NCBI GenBank assembly: GCA_965223415.1
Contig: OZ245002.1
Location: 1,408,001-1,472,000 of the forward strand
Direction of reading: 5' to 3'
Length of the DNA stretch: 64,000 bases
Origin: Myxococcota bacterium
Lineage (GTDB): Bacteria > Myxococcota_A > UBA9160 > UBA6930
Shown here: positions 59,487 to 64,000 of the stretch, in pieces
How positions within the stretch are numbered: position 1 is the stretch's first letter
Layout of the letters: each line of letters begins with the position of its first letter
The notes under the pieces: generated by a model
The model's database searches: none
What the model saw: the letters and a program-made list of their open reading frames with translations, nothing else
Told to the model about the DNA's origin: nothing
Position numbers and translations under genes: made by a program

Positions 59487-60205
59487 CAAGCGGAGTGTGA
59501 CACGGGAACCTCTCTCACGTACGAGCCCGTGAAGCCGGCAGCGCCGATGCCCATGTAGGCCTCATCGCCTGCCTCGATCCACTCCCCGGTGGCAGCGCAG
59601 CGCTGGCGCGTGTTCAGCACGACCGGCTGCCAGGCCACCACGTCAGGGAAGGGCGACGCCTCCGGCCGCTCCGGGGCCCGGGACGGCTCGGCAGGACGGG
59701 GCGGCTCGCCCGCGCGCCCGGCCTCCTCCCGCGCGGCGTTCCGCTCCCGGGCCTTCTGGGCCAGCCGGTCGACAGTGTCGGCGAATCGCTCGGCCGCTCG
59801 CCCCACCTGTTCGCTGGCCTTCTCCATCGTCTCGCGGAAGCGCTCCTCCCGCACCCCGCGGCTCTCCCGGAAGCGGTGGACCCGCTCGCTCGCGCGCTCG
59901 GCCTCGCCCAGCACCTCGTCCAGCAGGTCGCCGACATCGTCGGTCACCCGCTCGGCGGCGCTGAAGGCCTCCTCGAGGACGTTGCGGACGAGGTTCGAGA
60001 CCGGCACCCGCAGATCGTCGGCGATGGCCCGGATGTCCTCCGCCAGCTGCTCGGAGATCCGGGTGTGGAGGATGCGCTCCTTCCGGTCCCGCCCGCGGCC
60101 GGGTTCGCGAACGCGTTCCCGCTTGTGAGAATCCCCTTTCTCTCCGGGGCCTTGGCGGCCGCTTCCGTTTTCGCCTCGAGTGCCGTCGGAATTGTGTTCG
60201 CTCAT
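59486..60205 (-). CDS. Hypothetical protein with ribbon-helix-helix-like DNA-binding segment
   Basis: ERILHTRISEQLAEDIRAIADDLRVPVSNLVRNVLE; coiled coil; small C-terminal domain. Confidence 0.75.
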   Translation of the reverse strand: MSEHNSDGTRGENGSGRQGPGEKGDSHKRERVREPGRGRDRKERILHTRISEQLAEDIRAIADDLRVPVSNLVRNVLEEAFSAAERVTDDVGDLLDEVLGEAERASERVHRFRESRGVREERFRETMEKASEQVGRAAERFADTVDRLAQKARERNAAREEAGRAGEPPRPAEPSRAPERPEASPFPDVVAWQPVVLNTRQRCAATGEWIEAGDEAYMGIGAAGFTGSYVREVPVSHSA

Positions 60206-60213
60206 GGAGCTCA

Positions 60214-60241
60214 ATCGTATTACGTTGTCACACAATGTCAA
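60214..60241 (-). promoter_or_regulatory. sigma70-type promoter
   Basis: TTGACA-N16-TACGAT, 8 nt before ATG 60205; AT-rich island. Confidence 0.7.
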
Positions 60242-60282
60242 CTGATCCGCATCACCCCCTGGAAACCGGTAGCCTCCGCGCC

Positions 60283-61005
60283 ATGCCGGCCGCTCTCGAG
60301 CTCGACGCCGCCTCCAAGCAGTACGGCCCGCGGACGGCCCTGGCCGAGGTGAGCTTCGAGGTGGAGCCGGGCAGCGCGGTGGGCCTGTTGGGGCCGAACG
60401 GGGCGGGCAAGACGACGGCCCTGCGCCTGCTGCTGGGCCTCGCCCGCCCGAGCGGCGGCCAGGTGAGGCTGCGCGGCCTGGCGCCGGGCCAGGCGGAGGC
60501 CCGGGCCGGGCTGGGCTACCTCCCGGAACGCCTCGCCCTGCCCGGCCGGATGAGCGTACGCGGCTTCCTCTCGCTCCAGGCGGCCCTCGCCGGGCTGCGC
60601 GGCGCCGATCGCGACCAGGACGTGGAAGAGGCCATGCAACGGGTCGGCGTGCCGGATCGCGCGGGCGACCGGCTGGGCGCCCTTTCGAAGGGCCTGCGGC
60701 AGCGGGTCGGCTTCGCCCAGGCCTTCCTGGCCCAGCCGGACCTCCTGCTCCTCGACGAGCCCACCTCCGGGCTCGACCCCCTCGGCATCCGCGACGCCCG
60801 GGACTGGATCGCCCGGGAGCGCGAGCGCGGCTGCACGGTGCTGGTCAGCTCCCACGTGCTCTCGGAGGTGGAGCAGGTCTGCGACCGGGTGGTCATCCTC
60901 CACGAGGGCCGGGTGGTCGGGAGCGGCCCGACCGGGGAGATCGTGCGCCACGGCGAGACCCTGGAAGACGCCTTCGTGCGGCTCGTGCGGGGTGAGGGCC
61001 CGTGA
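60283..61005 (+). CDS. ABC transporter ATP-binding protein
   Basis: GPNGAGKTT, LSKG, LLLDEPTSGLD, SSH. Confidence 0.93.
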   Translation: MPAALELDAASKQYGPRTALAEVSFEVEPGSAVGLLGPNGAGKTTALRLLLGLARPSGGQVRLRGLAPGQAEARAGLGYLPERLALPGRMSVRGFLSLQAALAGLRGADRDQDVEEAMQRVGVPDRAGDRLGALSKGLRQRVGFAQAFLAQPDLLLLDEPTSGLDPLGIRDARDWIARERERGCTVLVSSHVLSEVEQVCDRVVILHEGRVVGSGPTGEIVRHGETLEDAFVRLVRGEGP

Positions 61006-61814
61006 AGGAGCTGCACGCCTTGCACGGGCTCGGCGCGCTCACCCTCGAAGCGGTGCGCGATGCGATCCGCCGCCGCGTCGTCGCCGCCGTCGCGGTCCTC
61101 TCGGTGCTCTCGCTGATGGTCGTCGACAGCTGCTCCGGCTGCTCGAGCGGCACCGTGACGGCGAACGGTCAGGTTCAGGAGATGATCGAGATCGCCGGCT
61201 ACGGTGCGTCCGCCACCTTCGTCGTCCTCGGACTGTGGGTGATCACCTTGGCGGGCGTGCTCGCGGCGGACCACCTGACCCAGACCTTGGAGGACGGCAC
61301 GGCGCTGCTCTCGCTCACCCGTCCCGTGCGCCGGGAGGTCTTCGCCTTCTCCCGCCTGTGTGGAACGCTGGGCATCGTGGCGCTCACCGGCCTGATCTTG
61401 CTAGGCGGGACCGCCTTTCTCTTCGCGACCCGCAACGATCTCCCGCTCGGCCCCGCGGCCGTCGCCGGTGCGGCTTGCGGCCTCGGGGCAATCGCGGTCG
61501 CGAGCCTGGCGATGACGGCCTCGCTCTACCTGCCCCGCCTCGCCACCTGGCTGGGCGTGGTCGGCGCCGTGGGCGTGATCGCCATCGCCGGGGGCCTGGG
61601 GCTGACGCCGCTCGAGCACGAAGGCTGGCTCGCCTGGGTCGGGGACTACGGCCCTCCGCTCCTCCACGCAATGGCGGCGCCCCTCGCCGCCTGGATGGAG
61701 GAGGTGACCCTTCCCTACGGCCCCTTCGATCTCTGGCCGCGGCTCCTGTTCTGGGACGCGGTGGGCCTCGCCGCCCTCGCCGTGGCCTTCCGGCGCCGCG
61801 AGATCGCCACCTGA
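61002..61814 (+). CDS. ABC-2 type permease
   Basis: GTGA coupling; LEDGTALLSLTRPVRR; ~6 TM segments; FRRREI C-terminus. Confidence 0.85.
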   Translation: MKELHALHGLGALTLEAVRDAIRRRVVAAVAVLSVLSLMVVDSCSGCSSGTVTANGQVQEMIEIAGYGASATFVVLGLWVITLAGVLAADHLTQTLEDGTALLSLTRPVRREVFAFSRLCGTLGIVALTGLILLGGTAFLFATRNDLPLGPAAVAGAACGLGAIAVASLAMTASLYLPRLATWLGVVGAVGVIAIAGGLGLTPLEHEGWLAWVGDYGPPLLHAMAAPLAAWMEEVTLPYGPFDLWPRLLFWDAVGLAALAVAFRRREIAT

Positions 61815-61831
61815 CGCGCCTCGGAGGTTCC

Positions 61832-62302
61832 ATGACCCGACTCGTCCTCTATGTCGCCATCCTCGGCCTCTTCGCCTGCGGCGGACCGATCGGCCCGTTC
61901 TCCGGCGGACGGCTCTCCGGTGATGCGGGCCCGCTGGAGATCGCCGACTGGGGCTTCGCGAAGGACCACGAGAATGCCCAGCTCGAGGTGCATCCCGCCG
62001 ATCCACACTCGGTGAACACCTGGTGCGTCGGCCTGGGCCCGAGCCTCTACGTGCCCACCTCCATGATCCTCGGCCCGGCAAACCCGGAGGAGCGCGAGTG
62101 GGTCGGCCACGTGACGAAGGACCCGGACGTGCGCATTCGCATTGGAGGCGTCGTCTATGCGCGCACCGCCGTGCGCGTCACCGACCCAGCCGAGTACGAA
62201 GCGGCGCTGCGCGCACTGGAAGCGAAGTACGACGAGGATCCGGCGGACCGGGAGCCGGAACGCGTGATCTGGATCTTCCGACTGGATCCGCGCGCGGGCT
62301 AG
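61832..62302 (+). CDS. Lipoprotein, split-barrel/nitroreductase-like hypothetical
   Basis: Lipobox LFA-C; GPFSGGRLSG; W...V..DP.VRIRIGG; KY; IFRLDPR. Confidence 0.75.
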   Translation: MTRLVLYVAILGLFACGGPIGPFSGGRLSGDAGPLEIADWGFAKDHENAQLEVHPADPHSVNTWCVGLGPSLYVPTSMILGPANPEEREWVGHVTKDPDVRIRIGGVVYARTAVRVTDPAEYEAALRALEAKYDEDPADREPERVIWIFRLDPRAG

Positions 62303-62310
62303 CCTCGAAG

Positions 62311-62724
62311 TCAGGCCGGTGCGTCGAGGTACGACTCGGCGAGCCACTCCCGGATCTCGTCGTCGAAGTCCTCGGCTCGCTCGAGCCGTACGAAGTGCAC
62401 GGTTCGGTTCGCAGACATGCGAACCGTGCGTCGGACCCGCGGGTGCTTCATGCAGCGGCCGAGCTTGAACGAGAGCTCGACCGAGTCCTTCCGCGGTCGG
62501 AGCTCGCAGAACGTGCCGGACCGCTTGACGAGAATGCCGATCTCGACCGGCTCGATCACGAGCGGTCCGAGCTTCTTCAGGAAGCCCACGGCAGCCCGGT
62601 AGGTGCCTCGGCGCTCCTTCGGCTGCGCCGCGAGGAACGACTGCAGGGTCATGCCCGGCTCGCAGTGGTGGCCCTGCCCACGACGACCGAACGGCCGCCC
62701 GCAGTCCGGACAGGTCCACTTCAT
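62311..62724 (-). CDS. DUF5655-like protein
   Basis: WTCPDCGRPF....QGHHC; DDEIREWLAESY. Confidence 0.75.
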   Translation of the reverse strand: MKWTCPDCGRPFGRRGQGHHCEPGMTLQSFLAAQPKERRGTYRAAVGFLKKLGPLVIEPVEIGILVKRSGTFCELRPRKDSVELSFKLGRCMKHPRVRRTVRMSANRTVHFVRLERAEDFDDEIREWLAESYLDAPA

Positions 62725-62766
62725 CGAGGGAAGCCATCGAAGCTTCCACCTCTCCGTCCGGACGAG

Positions 62767-63177
62767 CTAGAGCGCCGCGCGGATCCGATGGGCGATCGCC
62801 TCGAGCTCGCCGGGGTCCGCCTTGCGGCGGCCGTGGAGGGCAATCGGGTCGCCCTGGTTCCTCGGGATCAGGTGCATGTGGTAGTGGAAGACGGTCTGCC
62901 CGGCGGCGGCGCCGTTCAGCTGGTGGATGCCGATGCCGTCGGGGGCGAGGGCGGCCTTCAGCGCGTGGGCCAGCTTGCGCGCGTTGGCCATCACCGCCAG
63001 CAGGGACTCCTCGTCGGCTTCGAGAAGGTCCTGGGCGTGCCGCTTCGGAATGACCAGGACGTGGCCCTCCCCGACGGGGAAGAGGTCCATGAAGCTGAGC
63101 GTCAGCTCGTCCTCGTGGACGCGGTGGCAGGAAGCCTCGCCGGCGACGATCGCGCAGAAGATGCAGTCGGCCGCCAT
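62767..63177 (-). CDS. HIT family protein
   Basis: CIFCAI, GHVLVIPK, AGQTVFHYHMHLIPR. Confidence 0.95.
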   Translation of the reverse strand: MAADCIFCAIVAGEASCHRVHEDELTLSFMDLFPVGEGHVLVIPKRHAQDLLEADEESLLAVMANARKLAHALKAALAPDGIGIHQLNGAAAGQTVFHYHMHLIPRNQGDPIALHGRRKADPGELEAIAHRIRAAL

Positions 63178-63185
63178 CTCGCTCC

Positions 63186-64000
63186 CTACACGTAGGTCAG
63201 CCAGTCCGTGTACTTCGGGTTGCGGCCGGCGACCACGTCGAAGAACGCGTCCTGCAGCATCTTCGCCACCGGCCCGCGCCTTCCTTCGCCGACGGTGCGG
63301 TGGTCGATCTCGCGGATGGGGGTCACCTCGGCGGCGGTGCCGGTGAGGAAGACCTCGTCGGCGACGTAGAGCTCGTCGCGGGTGATCGATCCCTCCACCA
63401 CCGTGAGCCCCTCGTCCCTCGCCAGACGGATCACGGAGTCGCGGGTAATGCCCTCGAGGATGGTCTGGAGAGGCGGCGTGCGTAGCACCCCGCCGCGCAC
63501 CATGAACAGGTTCTCCCCGCTGGCTTCGGAGACGAGTCCGTGGGTATCGAGCAGGATCGCCTCGTCGTAGCCGTCGAGGAGCGCCTCGCGCTTGGCGAGG
63601 ATCGAGTTGACGTAGTCGCCGCAGGTCTTGCCCTTGGTCATCTTGGCGTTCACGAAGTGGCGGCTGAAGGAGGAGACCTTGGCGCGGATGCCGCGCTCCA
63701 TGCCGTCCTCGCCCAGGTAGGCACCCCAGGGCCAGACGATCACCGCGACCCGGACCGGGTTGTCGGCCGGGTTCAGGCCCATCGCCCCCTCCCCGATGAA
63801 GACGAGCGGCCGGATGTAGCCCTCGGGAAGCTGGTTCAGGCGCAGGCACTCGAGGATCGCCTCGGTGACCGTCGCCTCCTCGAAGGGCACGTCCATCAGG
63901 TTGATGTGGGCCGACTCGTAGAGCCGGCGGACGTGCTCGGGCAGGCGGAACACCGCGGAGCGTTCGTCATCGGTCCGGTAACAACGGATGCCCTCGAACA
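63186..64000 (-). CDS. ilvE: Branched-chain amino acid aminotransferase, 5' end outside window
   Basis: FEGIRCY, YIRP, WGAYLG, GYDEA, EASGENLF, LEGITR, TGTAAEVTP. Confidence 0.95.
   Translation of the reverse strand, partial: FEGIRCYRTDDERSAVFRLPEHVRRLYESAHINLMDVPFEEATVTEAILECLRLNQLPEGYIRPLVFIGEGAMGLNPADNPVRVAVIVWPWGAYLGEDGMERGIRAKVSSFSRHFVNAKMTKGKTCGDYVNSILAKREALLDGYDEAILLDTHGLVSEASGENLFMVRGGVLRTPPLQTILEGITRDSVIRLARDEGLTVVEGSITRDELYVADEVFLTGTAAEVTPIREIDHRTVGEGRRGPVAKMLQDAFFDVVAGRNPKYTDWLTYV

Noticed and set aside
59495..59518. GTGTGACACGGGAACCTCTCTCAC as a degenerate REP copy
   Set aside because: Too short and divergent, unpaired, and inside a coding 3' end.

Overview
Very GC-rich bacterial chromosomal DNA. 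A Myxococcota-like origin is inferred from two sigma54 activators, a Cys-Gly-Leu-Gly C-terminal sorting-like tail and a TPR/cNMP gene remnant. About 60 genes are supported; most other ORF-track entries are antisense or off-frame shadows. 1-12010 (minus strand) is a glycoconjugate locus: GT28-like, 2x GT4, ABC exporter, tandem APH-like kinase, AlgE-like porin, a secreted four-repeat protein and a further GT4 cut by the window edge. It carries two sigma54 promoters with a shared tandem upstream motif. It faces an NtrC-family regulator, two exported proteins (one with a dockerin-like tail), a PDZ-like/multi-TM histidine kinase and a divergently paired lnt. The rest is mostly housekeeping and metabolism (ALDH, htpX, dapF, rmuC, gluQ, hslO, lutABC, uvrA, ilvE, etc.). 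Other notable items: a DapF with both catalytic Cys replaced by Ser; an intact 1211-bp IS1-like element with 26-bp IRs, a 9-bp target duplication and a non-canonical third catalytic residue; REP-like doublets with compensatory changes; a decayed cNMP-domain pseudogene; an OmpR-type TCS facing a PspA-like operon; and many apparently leaderless genes, some on bidirectional -10 promoters. No rRNA, tRNA or CRISPR array was seen. All calls come from motif recognition only; no database searches were run.
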